From contig OZ024743.1 in assembly GCA_964016885.1 (NCBI GenBank), positions 79,174,001-79,238,000 on the forward strand: 64,000 nt of DNA, given 5' to 3'. This document shows positions 25,565 through 39,509 of the stretch, piece after piece. The position numbers and the translations under genes are program-made. Positions within the stretch are counted from its first letter, which is position 1. The number at the start of each line of letters is the position of its first letter. This stretch comes from Eledone cirrhosa (taxonomy: Eukaryota). The notes under the pieces are model-generated. The model was not told the origin of the DNA. It saw only the letters and a program-made list of their open reading frames with translations, and made no database searches.

Positions 25565-26970
25565 TTCAACAGAATCACAATTTTCAACAGACATCAAAAT
25601 GAAATTTGGTGAGCCCAAGTGTGCATATTTGGAAGTAAAACGTGGAAGAGCTGTGCCCTCTAGAAATCTAGAAATCTAGAAATCTAGAGATGAACGGCCT
25701 GACAATACAACCTCTGCAGTCAGGTGACAACTACAGATATCTTGGACAGGATGAGAATGTCAGATATGAAGGACCCATAAATAAGGAGAGAACCAGAACT
25801 GAATACCTCAGAAGAGTAAAGAAAATATGGTCATCAGAACTGTCAGCGTACAACAAATACATTGCCCACAATACTTATGCTGTGCCAATTCTAACGCCAA
25901 CATTTGGCCTGCTGAACTGGTCATTGCAAGAACTAAGTGAGATGGATGTTAGAACTCGCGAACTTCTCAGTGTTACTGGGAACTTTAACATCAATGGTAA
26001 TGTGGATAGGATATACTTCTCACGCAAGTAAGGTGGTCGGGGTCTAAAATCCATATTAACATCATATGAGACCCGGATAGTAACACTGAAGCAACATCTT
26101 CAACAGAGGAAAAAGGTTGGCAACCATCTTGCCCAGGTTTCTGAACATGAAGAAAAAAATATCATTAGGATAGCCACTGATCTGGAGGAGAGATATGGAA
26201 TAAAGTCTGATATAAATCTCTCACCCAGAGAAATCGGAAGATCCTATTCAATGTTCAAACAAGAACTCCCTGCCAAATATCTGCTGCACAAAAGAGGAGG
26301 GCCATCAGCTGACAATAAATGCAGGCTATGTAAAACAAATATCGAAGATGTAAGCCACCTTGTTGCCAGCTGCGAAAGAATGTCATCTCGCTACTACCTC
26401 CCTATGAGACACGATGTGATAGCTAGAACCATCTGGAACGCACTTCGGAAAAGAAAATTAAAAACAAACGAGGAAGAATATATTGAGAAAGATGGCACTA
26501 AGGAATACTGGTGGAACCTGAATATAAAAACTGCCACCAAATTAAAGCACAACCGGCCGGATATTGTTGTTTGGGACCACACATTGAAAACGTGTTCTGT
26601 TGTGGAGATCAGCTGCCCACTTGATGTAAACGTTGTCTGAAAAATACAGGAGGAGGACATCTACAGACCATTGATGAGGAGTTTACAAATCCAGTATCCA
26701 AGATACAGCTTTAGCTTCATAGCCATCATTATTGGAGCTACGGGTTATATACCAACCCGCTTGGACCAATGTATAACTGAACTTGGATTTGCGGACAAAG
26801 AGCGCAGCTCCCTAATTCATAGTCTACAAATGGCTGCGATAGGTGGGACCTTCAAAATTTGCCAAACATTCTTGCGATTCAAGGGATGACAATTTCTTTT
26901 CTTTTACAACCTTGCCACCAGGAAGGTGGCCGGTCAAAAATATACTCGAAATTAAGAGAAAGAGATAACA
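25565..26970 (+). mobile_element. 5'-truncated R4/Dong RLE non-LTR retrotransposon, family A
   Basis: DIKMKFGEPKC, YRYLG, CCHC knuckle CRLCKTNIEDVSHLVASC, RHD, and RLE motif NRPDIVVWD..EISCPLD. (TACA)n at both ends. Confidence 0.85.
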
Positions 26971-26980
26971 TACATACATA

Positions 26981-27510
26981 CACAGTAGTGGAAGTTATTT
27001 GCCCAGCAGATGCCAATATAATATCAAAGATTAGCGAAAAGAATAATATTTATGCAGAACTAATAAGAAATCTGCAGATACTCCACCCTGATTATACCTT
27101 CAGATTTATGCCTGTGATTATTGGGGCACTAGGGTATGTTGGTAACTGACTCAATACAATTGTTGAGAAGCTGGGCTTCACAGTAACAGAAAGAACACAA
27201 CTAGTTAGGAAATTACAAGTACAATCCATTAATGGAACAGTAAAAATATGTAAAACATTCCAAAAATGTTGCATCTAATAACTGCATATACACATGTACA
27301 GATACAAAGCATATGCTCATGCACACATACAACTCAAAACATACACATCCACACATACAATAACATCCATATCTACACATGCATGCATGCAGACATCCAT
27401 ACATATCTACCTAGTTGATGTATAAATTCCAATGAGAGTCTTGTAACTATGTTACAAACCGACACTCTCTCTATTGGCAAAAGTTTGTGAAATTATAAAA
27501 CCAAAAGAGC
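26981..27510 (+). mobile_element. R4/Dong family B 3' end
   Basis: VVEVICPADANI..FMPVIIGALG..SINGTVKICKTF plus 3' UTR. Longer copy at 60776-61470. Confidence 0.75.
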
Positions 27511-27536
27511 ATACACGCACATGCATACATATATAC

Positions 27537-28163
27537 ATGATGGCTGCGCCCTCGTTATCGAGTATTGACCATTGCATGATATACCGTTATTAATAATTAT
27601 TAATTAATTCTATCGTGCAATGCCTGTGCGTGAATATATTTTTTAAAGTGAGGAAAGACTGTGCACTGTGCCAATCCCACTCTCTGAGAGATAGTAGCTA
27701 TAACCCTAAAAGAAGAAAATATCAACATTATCGGTAACTACTAACCCGCAGGTTTTATGTCGGAGTTATCCCAGTTTCCTGAGTTGCCTTCTCCTAGAAG
27801 AATGCCCTGACAAGGCTAGGGGTCCTTCACTCCCAGGGGTTTAACCGCGCGATCGGGTGTCCAGTCCGACTATTTCTATGTCCCCGCGCATATACATACA
27901 CACCCATATATGCACATACACATATACATAGACACACATATGTACAATTGTATATACATATTTACACATTTTTGGATGGCTGTTGATTTTTATGAGTTCT
28001 TCCGCCCTTTGTCAGGTTTTGTTTTTTGTGCTGCAGGGTGTCCAAAAACACCGTCCTCACCAAGTAAACTTGGTGGGGTTGCCAGTTTAGTCGCCGACGT
28101 CCCGACCATGTGACATGTTGTACAGGGTTACATGTTACCAGTAGCACTCAAGAGTGACCCGAC
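27537..28163 (-). mobile_element. RTE-derived bipartite element (family D)
   Basis: Reverse-complement homologue of 61846-62467. Shares its 5' segment and 3' stem-loop with family C. Confidence 0.65.
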
Positions 28164-28199
28164 ATAACATAAAAAAAACATATATACATACATACACAC

Positions 28200-28552
28200 A
28201 TGGTGGCTGCCAACTCGTTTTCGAGTACGGCCACTACTTTATATCCATGTAGGAGGACCCCTACCGATGCGCTGAACGAGTGTGACTTTTTAGTCCAGCC
28301 AGCGACTTGAAAACTCTGATACAAACACTACACTTGTGACAATTATTGACACATAGTGCTGGGCCCATGGTACCATGTGACGACAAGTGCAGAGAGATCT
28401 CCAGATATAAAGCAATGCCTGTGCCGTGAAGCTTTTATAGTGAGCAAAGGCACTGCACAAAGCCAGTCCCACTCTCTTAATCAAGATGATATTTACCAAA
28501 AAGAAGAACAAGTCAATATCATTGGATACCATCAGGATTGCAGGTGTTATAT
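28200..28552 (-). mobile_element. RTE-derived element family C, 5'-truncated
   Basis: Near-identical to 3246-3598. Confidence 0.7.
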
Positions 28553-28612
28553 CATACACACATACATACATATATACCTACATACATATATATGTGTGTG
28601 TGTATACAATAT

Positions 28613-28935
28613 GTGAAGGCGCATGGCTTAGTGGCGAGATAATTTGGCTTGCAATCGGGAGGTTGTGAGTTCAATTCGAGTTGTATCCTTGAGCGAGACA
28701 CTTTGTTTCACGCTGCTCCAGTTTACTCAGCTGTAGAAATGAGTTGTGACGTCACTGGTGCCAAGCTATATCAGCCATTGCCTTTCCCTTGGACAACATT
28801 GGTGGCGTGGAGAGGGGAGACTGGTGTACATGGGGGACTGCTGGTCTTCTACAAACAACTTTGCCCGGACTTCTGTCTGGGAGGGGAACTTTCTAGGTGC
28901 AAATCCCATGGTCATTGGTGACCGAATGGGGGTGG
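28613..28935 (+). mobile_element. tRNA-derived SINE (second family)
   Basis: A-box TGGCTTAGTGG, B-box GAGTTCAATTC, then TCCTTGAGCGAGACACTT. A related head lies at ~52905-53030 (-). Confidence 0.7.
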
Positions 28936-28939
28936 GGGC

Positions 28940-28980
<41 letters not shown>

Positions 28981-29076
28981 GGGAGAGTTGAACGTCTGGA
29001 CAACATGTCAAAGTAGTTTTTGTTTCAAATGTTTAAACATGACAGTATATCTATCACAACAAAATACATAAATTAA

Positions 29077-30000
29077 CTACACTGCAACAACAACAACAGC
29101 AGCAACATCTACACCACAACAGCAACAACAACAGCAACAACAACAGCAATACAACAACAACAACAACAGCAACAACAGCAACAACAACAGCAATACAACA
29201 ACAACAACAACAGCAACAACAGCAACAACAGTATGGTGGTGGTGGTGGTGGTGGTGGTGGTGATGGTGATGGTGGTGTAGTGGTGGTGGTGGTGATAGTG
29301 GTGGTGATAGTGGTAGTGGTGGTGGTGGTGGTGGTGATGGTGGTGTAGTGGTGGTGGTGGTGGTGGTGGTGGTGGTGGTGGTGGTGGTGTAGTGGTGGGT
29401 GCTGGTAGTGGTAGTGGTGGTGGTAGTGGTAGTGGTGGGGGTGGGGGTGGGGGTAGCGGTGGTGGTAGTGGCGGTGAGGATGGGGGGTGTAGTGGTGTTG
29501 GGGGGTAGTGTAGGTGGTAGGGGTGGTGGTGGTGGTAGTGGTAATGTCGGTGGTAGTGGTGGTGGTGGTGGTGGTGGTAGTGTAGTGGTGGTGGTGGTGG
29601 TGGTGGTGGTGGTGGTGTAGTGGTGGTGGTGGTGGTGGTGTAGTGGTGGTGGTGGTGGTAGTGGTGGTGGTAGTGGTAGTGTTGGTGGTGGTAGTGGTGG
29701 TGGTGGTGGTAGTGTATGTGGTAGGGGTAGTGTTGTTGTTGTTGGTGGTGGTGGTGGTGGTGGTAGTGTATGTGGTAGGGGTGGTGGTGGTGGTAGTGGT
29801 AGTGTCGGTGGTAGTGGTGGTGATGGTGGTGGTATTGGTGGTGGTGGTGGTATTAGTGGTAGTAGTGGTGCTGGTGGTAGTAGTGGTGGTGGTGGTAGTA
29901 GTGGTGGTAGTAGTAGTAGCAATAGTAGTAGTAGTGGTGGTGGTGGTGGTGGTGCTAGTAGTAGTAGTAGTAGTTGTTGTTGTTATTGTTTGTGTTGTTA
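29077..30000. repeat. (CAA/CAG)n then (GTG/GTA)n trinucleotide tracts
   Basis: Directly visible. Confidence 0.95.
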
Positions 30001-30559
30001 TTGTCTGTGTTGTATGTTGATGGAATCCCGCAAGGTGGAGTTGCTGTTCCAGTGTGTCTCCCTCGCCATCTCCTGAGGCAATCTCTTCATCCTGTCAGTC
30101 AGAACCCCGGGGTGGGCGATATATTTAGGTAGGAGTAGGGTGGCAGTCATCAGATGAAAGGGAGAATAATGCTCACACATACACACATACACATACACTC
30201 ACATATACATACTTACACACACACACACACATACAGACACACATTCACACACACACACATATTCACATGCACACATACATTCACGCACACACACACATTC
30301 ACACACACACACATTCAAAAACAAATTCACACACACACTGACACATTCATACATACACAGACACACATACACATTCATACTCATACATACACAGACACAG
30401 ACACACATCAATATAATTAGTTTTATTAATGAAAAATTGTCATTGTCTGACTAGGAAGTGAATAGATGTGGGTGGGACCTTTGAATTTCACTAAATAATG
30501 GTCCCAGAAATAAAGTGGGGTCACAGAGCCACCAACAACTGACGTGACATACGGCATGT

Positions 30560-31945
30560 CTCCGTTGATATCCGACTAGATTCCCACGCGGGATCAACCA
30601 AGCCCATGGATGTTATCCAACCATCTTGCCTGGGGTCTACACTTGGGTTTCCTCTTCATTTTACCTGTAAAATATGTATAGCGATTCTTTCCTGAGACAT
30701 TCTAACCACATGTCTGTAGTATCAGAGCTGTGATCTCTCAATTCTGAGATTCTTTCCTGGGACATTCTAACCACATGTCTGTAGTATCAGAGCTGTGATC
30801 TCTCAATTCTGAGATTCTTTCCTGGGACATTTTAACCACATGTCTGTAGTATCAGAGCTGTGATGTCTCAATTCTGAGATTCGTTCTTGAGACATTCTAA
30901 CCACATATCTGTAGTATCAGAGCTGTGATCTTTAAATCCAGAGATTCTTTCCTGAGACATTCTAACTACATGTCCATAGTATCAGAGCTGTGATCTCTCA
31001 ATCCAGTGATTCTTTCCGGGGACATTCTAACCGCATGTCTGTAGAATCAGAGCTGTGATCTCTCAATCCAGAGATTCTTTCCTGAGATATTCTAACCACA
31101 TGTCTGTAGTATCAGAGCTGTGTTCCCTCAATCCAGATATTCTTTCCTGAGACATTCTAACCACATGTCTGTAGTATCAGAGCTGTGTTCCCTCAATCCA
31201 TATATTCTTTCCTGAGACATTCTAACCGCAAGTCTGTAGTATCAGAGCTGTGATCTCTCAATCCAGAGATTCTTTCCTGAGACAGTCTAACCGCATGTCT
31301 GTAGTATCAGAGCTGTGATCTCTCAATCCAGAGATTCTTTCCTGAGACAGTCTAACCGCATGTCTGTAGTATCAGAGATTCTCTCATTAGATATTCTAAC
31401 CACATAACTGTAGTATCAGAGCTGTGATGCCTCAATTCAGAGATTCTTTCGTGAGATATTCTAACAACATGTCTGTAGTATCAGAGCTATGATCTCTCAA
31501 TCCAGAGATTCTTTCCTGAGACATTCTAATCACGTCTATAGTATCAGAGCTGTGATCTCTCAATTCAGAGATTCTTTCCTGAGACATTCTAACTACATGT
31601 CTCTAGTATCAAAGCTGTGATCTCTCAATCCAGAGATTCTTTCCTGAGACATTCTAACCGCATGTCTGTAGTATCAGAGCTGTGATCTCTCAATCCAGAG
31701 ATTCTTTCGTGAGATATTCTAACCACATGTCTGTAGTATCAGTGCTGTGATCTCTCAATCCAGTGATTCTTTCCTCAAACATTCTAACCACATGTCTGTA
31801 GTATCAGTGCTGTGATCCCTCAATTCAGAGATTCTTTCCTCAAACATTCTAACCACAAGTCTGTAGTATCAGAGCTGTGATCTCTTTGGAGGAACCACAT
31901 TTCGGCAGCTTGTATTCACGATCGGATTCTTTCGGTCATTACCCT
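30560..31945 (-). mobile_element. RTE LINE 3' fragment containing an internal 65-bp tandem array
   Basis: Minus strand VMTERIRS*IQAAEMWFLQR (31885-31945), repeated LRIERSQL*YYRHVVRMSQER, then RPQARWLDNIHGLG (~30600-30640). Confidence 0.75.
30683..31885. repeat. 65-bp minisatellite (~18 copies)
   Basis: Unit GAGATTCTTTCCTGAGACATTCTAACCACATGTCTGTAGTATCAGAGCTGTGATCTCTCAATCCA. Confidence 0.95.
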
Positions 31946-32157
31946 AATTTTGTAAATTTAACCTAATTTTGTAAATTTAACCTAATTTTCTATATATAAA
32001 TGTATATAAATAAAGTTCCAAAGCAGTATGGGTGTCTGCGCATGAGTGAATCTCTGTGTCATGACAGAAACATTCACAGGGACCAGTCATGGCTCATAAA
32101 CACACCTCTCTCTCTCATTCTCTCCTCCATCTCTCTTTCTTTCTATTTCTTTCTCTT

Positions 32158-32216
<59 letters not shown>

Positions 32217-32486
32217 ATCTATCTATCTATCTATCTCTCTATCTCTCTCTCTCATTGTCTCCATATCTCCCTCTTTTTCTATATATAAAAGTATATAAGA
32301 AGTGGTGGTGCTTGTTGTGTAGGTGGTGGCAGTGTTGGATCCGTCTGTTTATATATCTAGACATGTACATGTGCGTTTATGTATTCGTTTGTGTTGGTGT
32401 AAATATATGTATAGGTAAGATATATGTTTGTGTGTGTGTATATATGTATATATATATGCGCGCGCACGTGTGTGTTTGTACGTGTG

Positions 32487-32524
<38 letters not shown>

Positions 32525-32623
32525 CGTGTGTGTGTGTATGAATAAATACATAAACATATATACATGTATCCTTTGAGTAATAAATCTTTTATATATTGAA
32601 TGGGTTAGTTATACATCACAGAA

Positions 32624-32667
<44 letters not shown>

Positions 32668-33022
32668 TAAATGGAAAAATGAAACAAAATTTCATTTCTC
32701 ACTCTTAGTACGGCTGTTACTTAAATATAAGTATGTATACGTACATACATATATGCATACAGACCTACAGATGGTTGAACGTCTGAAAGTATATAATTTC
32801 CTTATGCATATTAACGGCTGAGCAGCCTAATTTGCATATCGAGTGAGTTACTCGGCCGGGGTACCGAAAACGATAAACGGAAAAAATGAAACAAACACAC
32901 CGAGCATTATAATAAATGTTCGGTGAATCCATACGTACATATATATATGTGTGCATGTATGTATATATATTATACATACTACTGTACGTCTGTATGCATA
33001 TATGTATGTACGTATACATACT

Positions 33023-33169
<147 letters not shown>

Positions 33170-33470
33170 CAAATCAAATGAATTTAATCTAAATCAAAAT
33201 TATGGGTGTCATGCCAGAAAGACATGCGCCATATCACCTGCAAGGTAAGCTCTAAGATTGTAACAAGTAGGTCCGAGCATTTTATAATAACTAGAAATTG
33301 ATTGACATATAAATAAACATGAATAATCACAGGAGATAATTTTTACAAGTGTGTAACCACACATAGCTAGGTAGGTAACTAAATAAAGTTGACTAGAACT
33401 TCAAAAATAGATACCTTATAATATGATTAATCTTCCCTGTATATATACATATATATATGTATATATGTAT

Positions 33471-33544
<74 letters not shown>

Positions 33545-33829
33545 GAAAAGTATAGAAATTATTGTGAGCAAGAAGCCAACAGTATTCTATAATATATAAG
33601 TGACTATAACGTCAAAATGGAAAAATAGTTAACGTAAGATGTGGGAAAATAATTCAAACTCAATTCAAAAAGAATCAGGATATAGATTCATCCACAGAAT
33701 TTAGTGAAATTCATGGAAAAATCAATAGAGCCTTAACTCAGAATAAAATAATGTTTAAAATACTCATCCTTCAATTTGGAAAAACTACAAATGCTCTGTA
33801 TAGTCTTAAAAAAGACTATACATATATAT

Positions 33830-34615
33830 ATATTGTTATACTTTGGGAGGGTCATGTTGCCAATAAGAAACACACGCACCAGTTGCTTTCACTTCAATTT
33901 ATTATATATTTATAAATTTACAAATTTATAAATTTATAAATTTCTGGTTGGTTGGTTGGTACCACAACCAGATAGTTGTTTATATATAGTCATAGTTCTT
34001 TCGTCACACACTCTGTGACCTCTTCAGTGACTGGGGATTCCTTTCTTTGTTTCTGTGCCTCTCCTTTGTTCTGTCCTACGCCATTTTGTTTCTGTGTGTG
34101 TGTTGTGTGCTCAGTTTGCGCATGCGCCACATCCGGGTGTCTGTGTGTGTTTATGTTCATTTATCTATTTGTTTATTTATTTATTTATTTACATGTTATT
34201 GGTTGGTTGTTTGTTCTATGTGTGTGTGTGTTTTTATTTTGTCCTTAATTGTAAGTTGTGATGTTGCTGTTCCACTCATATTTTCTATTTAATTTTGGTT
34301 GTAATTCTTTTGTTTATTGCCTCTGTAATTTGTCTAAACATTGCATCTTTTCTGTGTGTGGATTCTATTTTTATTTCTATGTTCTCTAATTTACCCTTGT
34401 GTTCTATCTTAGCATGTTGGTAGAGTACAGATGATTCTTTATTATCTTGAAGGTCTCGCCAGTGTTCATTTATCCGTTCCCCTATACTACGAGCTGTCTC
34501 ACCTATGTACACTATATTTTTGTCTCTACATAGTCCTTCAGTACATCTTATGCTATACACTACATTTCTAATTTTACAGTTAATATGGGGGCTTATTTTA
34601 CAGGTTATACATTTC
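33830..34615 (-). mobile_element. Penelope-like element 3' remnant (GIY-YIG plus terminal repeat)
   Basis: [54 protein letters not shown]. The terminus TTGTTATACTTTGGGAGGGTCAT matches 23339-23362 and 43468-43491. Flanked by (TA)n. Confidence 0.85.
33988..34032 (-). ncRNA. Minimal hammerhead in PLE 3' repeat
   Basis: AGTCA-CTGAAGA-G-GTCACA(GAGTG)TGTGAC-GAAA-GAAC-TA-TGACT. Stems I and II are perfect, with one extra nt after A9. Confidence 0.8.
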
Positions 34616-34616
34616 T

Positions 34617-34795
<179 letters not shown>

Positions 34796-35247
34796 CAGCT
34801 CATATAAACTTAACACACTTTCAGATACTTATCCTCCATAAACTCTTATTATTCTCTTTTTAATTACCCTTTCTGACTTACTTTCATTTTTATCCTTGTC
34901 AATAATTTCATTTATTTTTATTCTTATTTTTTTATTTTTACTTCACATCCACCAAACCCCCCCCCCTTTATTCTCCGATTCACTTTCCATTTTTTACTTC
35001 CCCTTTTTTTACTTCCCTTTTTCCTTCACTAACTGATTACACTTGTCTTTTGTGTTTTTCAATCCAGATATATTTTTCATTTTTATTTTTATTTTTTTAT
35101 TTTTGCGCAGCCAATCTTACAATTTTATATTTGTACTTACTTATCCATAAGTTTTTTACACCCTGTATCAATATGGCTGAACGCCTTAATGTGTGTATAC
35201 TTTTATATATGTACATGAGTGACTACGTATGTGCGCGCGCGTGCGTG

Positions 35248-35286
<39 letters not shown>

Positions 35287-36044
35287 ATATATGTGTGTGT
35301 GTGTGTATGTATATATTATGCGTATGTGTATGTGTCTTTATATCCGTGTTTTTTGACATCTAGGTTTTATGTTTTGTTCCTTTTTTCTTCTCCCCCCCCC
35401 CTCTTTTTACTTACTCATTTTTATGCGTGTGCATGCAAACAGGTCAATATGCGTGAGTGTAAGTATGTGTGTGTGTGTGTGTGTATGTACGTATCGAACG
35501 TATGGATGTGTAAGTGTGCGTGTGTATATAAGCATGTATATTTTTTTGCGTTTCTTTTGTGAGACATGCGTGTCTGTGTATGTATGTACCCTTTTTTGTC
35601 TTCTTTTCTTTAATTTTTTCTTTCTAAAATTTGTTCTTTCTAATTTATTGTTACATTCTTATAAATATATCGAGATTGATACTTTCCTTTAATTATTATA
35701 CTCCCTTACCTCTTTTACTTCCGCATCTAAGTTTACGTGTGTGTGGGTGTGTTTATGCGCGCGCCTTCATATTCATATACTTATGATGTATCTATTCTGT
35801 CTGTAGATTACAGACATACAGATATATTTGCCCTAAATTTTAGATTTACATACACTTTTTCACTATACGTATACATATGTGCATACACATATATGCACAT
35901 CTGTGAGCGTATATACATACATATACACACACCTAACTATATTTCTTGATAGATTTTTTTGTATATTTCAATTTCTAATTCATTTGTCTATATATTTTTT
36001 TGATTTTCTTGATGAGTTTTTCTAAGTTTTTACCCATGTTTTAT

Positions 36045-36122
36045 ATTGCCTCGTCTGACGAACGAATGAAGACGTTTCTTTCGTATTCGCCTCATTCGGG
36101 AAACCTCTGATAATGAGGTAAT
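36045..36122 (+). ncRNA. Type-I hammerhead
   Basis: ATTGCCTCGT-CTGACGA-A-CGAATGA..TCATTCG-G-GAAA-CCTCTGA-TA-ATGAGGTAAT. Stem I is 10 bp, stem III is imperfect. Confidence 0.75.
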
Positions 36123-36323
36123 TATATTGTATTGATTTTTATACATTAAATTTTGCTCTGATACTTATATAGAGCACTCTTCACTTCTATGACCTTTTCT
36201 GTTTCCAACGGAAATTTCAATACTTATATATATATATATATATATATACATATATGTATATATACATATATATATATTATTTCTGTGTGTATGTATGTGT
36301 TGTGTATATGTGTATATGTGTGG

Positions 36324-36435
<112 letters not shown>

Positions 36436-36655
36436 GTATATAATTTTATATATAGCTGTATGCATAATTACATACATAGTGATTTAATGTTTATTCTTAT
36501 TGATTATTTGCTCTAGGATATTGTTGAGTGCTCTGAATCAGCTATAAACATTTATACCTTTATCTATTTATTTATTTATTTAATATTTGTCATATTCCCT
36601 ACTATTTGTTTACCCCTTCCACCCTTTTATTTTTATATATATATTTATGTATTTT

Positions 36656-36700
<45 letters not shown>

Positions 36701-37820
36701 ATATATATATATATATTTATATATATATGTATATATATATATATATATATGTATATGCGTGTGTATATATATGTGTGTGTGTATGTATATATTTATATGT
36801 ATGTATGTGTATGTGTAAATGTGTGTATTGCTTACCACGTGTATTTATTTATTTGCGTCCTCTCCTGTATCGCTGTCAACTTTATAATAATTTTTATTTT
36901 TATTTTCTTAAGTCGTATATTATTTTTAATTTTTATTTTTTATTATTATTTTTTATTATAATTAATTGTGTGTGTGCGTATGTAGGTGTGTGTACATATA
37001 TCTATATATGTGTGTGCGTATGTATGCGTGTATATATGTGTGTATGTATGTGTGTATATGTACGTGTGTATATATGTATGATTATATGTGTGTGTATATG
37101 TATGTATATATATATGTGTATATATATATAATATATAAGATCAAAAGATGGTTAAAAGAGTTCCATGTATTTTATTATGCGCATTTCAAAAACAAATATA
37201 TATATATATATATATATATCGTATGTGGACCTTGACCGCGGAATCAACTACCATCCTAGGATTTTACCAACCATTCCACAACATCTTCTTACGGAATCAC
37301 CTTCATGACTCACCCAAACACACACACCCCCAAATTTTTTTTTTCCCACACGCCACCTACACCCACCACATCCACAACACGCTTAAACACCACACACACG
37401 TGCGTTCCGCCACATATTTACACATTCAGCCTCCGGATTCCTCTCCCCCCACCCATCTATCCACACACGCACACACACACCGACCTACACCCCACCCCAC
37501 ACACACCTCTTCATGAACATGCAACCCCGTTCTTCCCCCAACCCTTGCTTTCACATACACACACACACACACGTACACCTACACACACACACCACCTTCA
37601 GCCCTCCGCGCTCGGTCACCCCGTCTCCCTCTCCCCACTCCACCCTCCACCACCCCTACACGCCCCACACCCTTCCACCACCTGTTTTACCCCATTTTAA
37701 TTTTATTTTGATCATGCTTTTATTTTTAATTTCATTTGCACCGTTTCCTCCCACCCCTTTTTCGCTATATGTCACTCCACCACTCCTCTACACACCCTTT
37801 GAACTCTCTTCCCACACACT

Positions 37821-37890
37821 TTTCACCTGAAGAAGGGCTTATGCCCGAAACGTCGTTCCCACCACCACCCCATCTCAAGAGCGTGAAATT
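37821..37890 (+). ncRNA. Hammerhead-like core of a PLE-type 3' repeat (second copy 42975-43040)
   Basis: CTGAAGA-A-GGGC(TTAT)GCCC-GAAA-CGTCG. The surrounding ~37500-37940 is homologous to ~42660-43100. Confidence 0.55.
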
Positions 37891-37941
37891 AATAAACATT
37901 CGTTGTACTGCCTCTCTGTTTTGTTCCTGTTCAAATTTTTC

Positions 37942-38003
<62 letters not shown>

Positions 38004-38032
38004 AAAGAATAGAGGTGTAACACACAAGTTAT

Positions 38033-38426
38033 TATATATTGGTAAACGGAATAGAAAATGCTGACAAATTGTTCACAGTTGAAAAAAGGTTTAATTAGGA
38101 ATAAAAGAGTATTAGTGATTGTATGGGTTAGTATTCAGTTGTGGTTTTAAGTTTTTAAGTTTTTACCGGTTGCGCATTTCTAAATGCTTTTCAAAAATAA
38201 TTTTGAGATAGAGTGTCCGTGCTGTTTGCTCTGATCAGAGCAAACAGCACGGACACTCTATCTCAAAATTATTTTTGAAAAGCATTTAGAAATGCGCAAC
38301 CGGTAAAAACTTAAAAACTTAAAACCACAACTGAATACTAACCCATACAATCACTAATACTCTTTTATTCCTAATTAAACCTTTTTTCAACTGTGAACAA
38401 TTTGTCAGCATTTTCTATTCCGTTTA

Positions 38427-38436
<10 letters not shown>
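38033..38436. repeat. Perfect 404-bp palindrome centred on CTGATCAG (38231-38238)
   Basis: The arms read as exact reverse complements with no spacer. Each holds a decayed hammerhead (TTGAAAA-GCATT/AATGC-GCAA-CCGG-TA). Confidence 0.9.
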
Positions 38437-38466
<30 letters not shown>

Positions 38467-38535
38467 TATATATATATGCATGTGTGTGTTTTTGTGTATT
38501 TGTGTGTATGTGCATGTATGGATATGTATGTATGG

Positions 38536-38583
<48 letters not shown>

Positions 38584-38692
38584 CAATATAAACACATTTC
38601 GTGTTTATCATATATTTTAACTGCTCGGAAGAGCCCCTTTTCCTGGAGCTTAATTATTGTAAACGACTGAGAGTTTATTCTCAAAATATAAC

Positions 38693-38760
<68 letters not shown>

Positions 38761-38998
38761 ATGTATGTGTATATATGTGTGTATCTATATATATATGTGT
38801 ATATATATATATGTATATGTGTATATATATATATATATATTTATATATGTGTGTATGTATATGTGTGTGTGTGTGTGCATGTGTATTTATCTACTTTTAT
38901 ATTTATTGTTTCCTTTCCTTCTTCCTTTTCCAGCCTCACTTTCATATAGATTATATTTTTGTTTTTAAAATCCACTGTCAATAAATACACCAGGATTT

Positions 38999-39060
38999 TT
39001 TCATTCTGATGACTGAAAGCAAATTTCTTTAGCTTTCCATAAAACCACTGGTAAATGAAA
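38999..39060 (+). ncRNA. Hammerhead with G12>A (probably inactive)
   Basis: TTTCATT-CTGATGA-CT-GAAAGC..GCTTTC-CAT-AAAA-CCACTGG-TA-AATGAAA. Confidence 0.65.
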
Positions 39061-39085
39061 TAATTATCTTATGTTGTTTATTACA

Positions 39086-39380
<295 letters not shown>

Positions 39381-39509
39381 TGGGAGCGAGAGAGGGGGAG
39401 AGAGGGGGGGGGGAGATTCTCTTGTAAACAAGTATTCTCTATTCTGCAATGACTGTCAATTCTACCAAATATAGAAGATATGTTAAACCTATTATCACCA
39501 TAGCTATCA

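Noticed and set aside
30683-31885. CRISPR-like 65-bp periodicity
   Set aside because: The whole unit is repeated and derives from RTE coding sequence.
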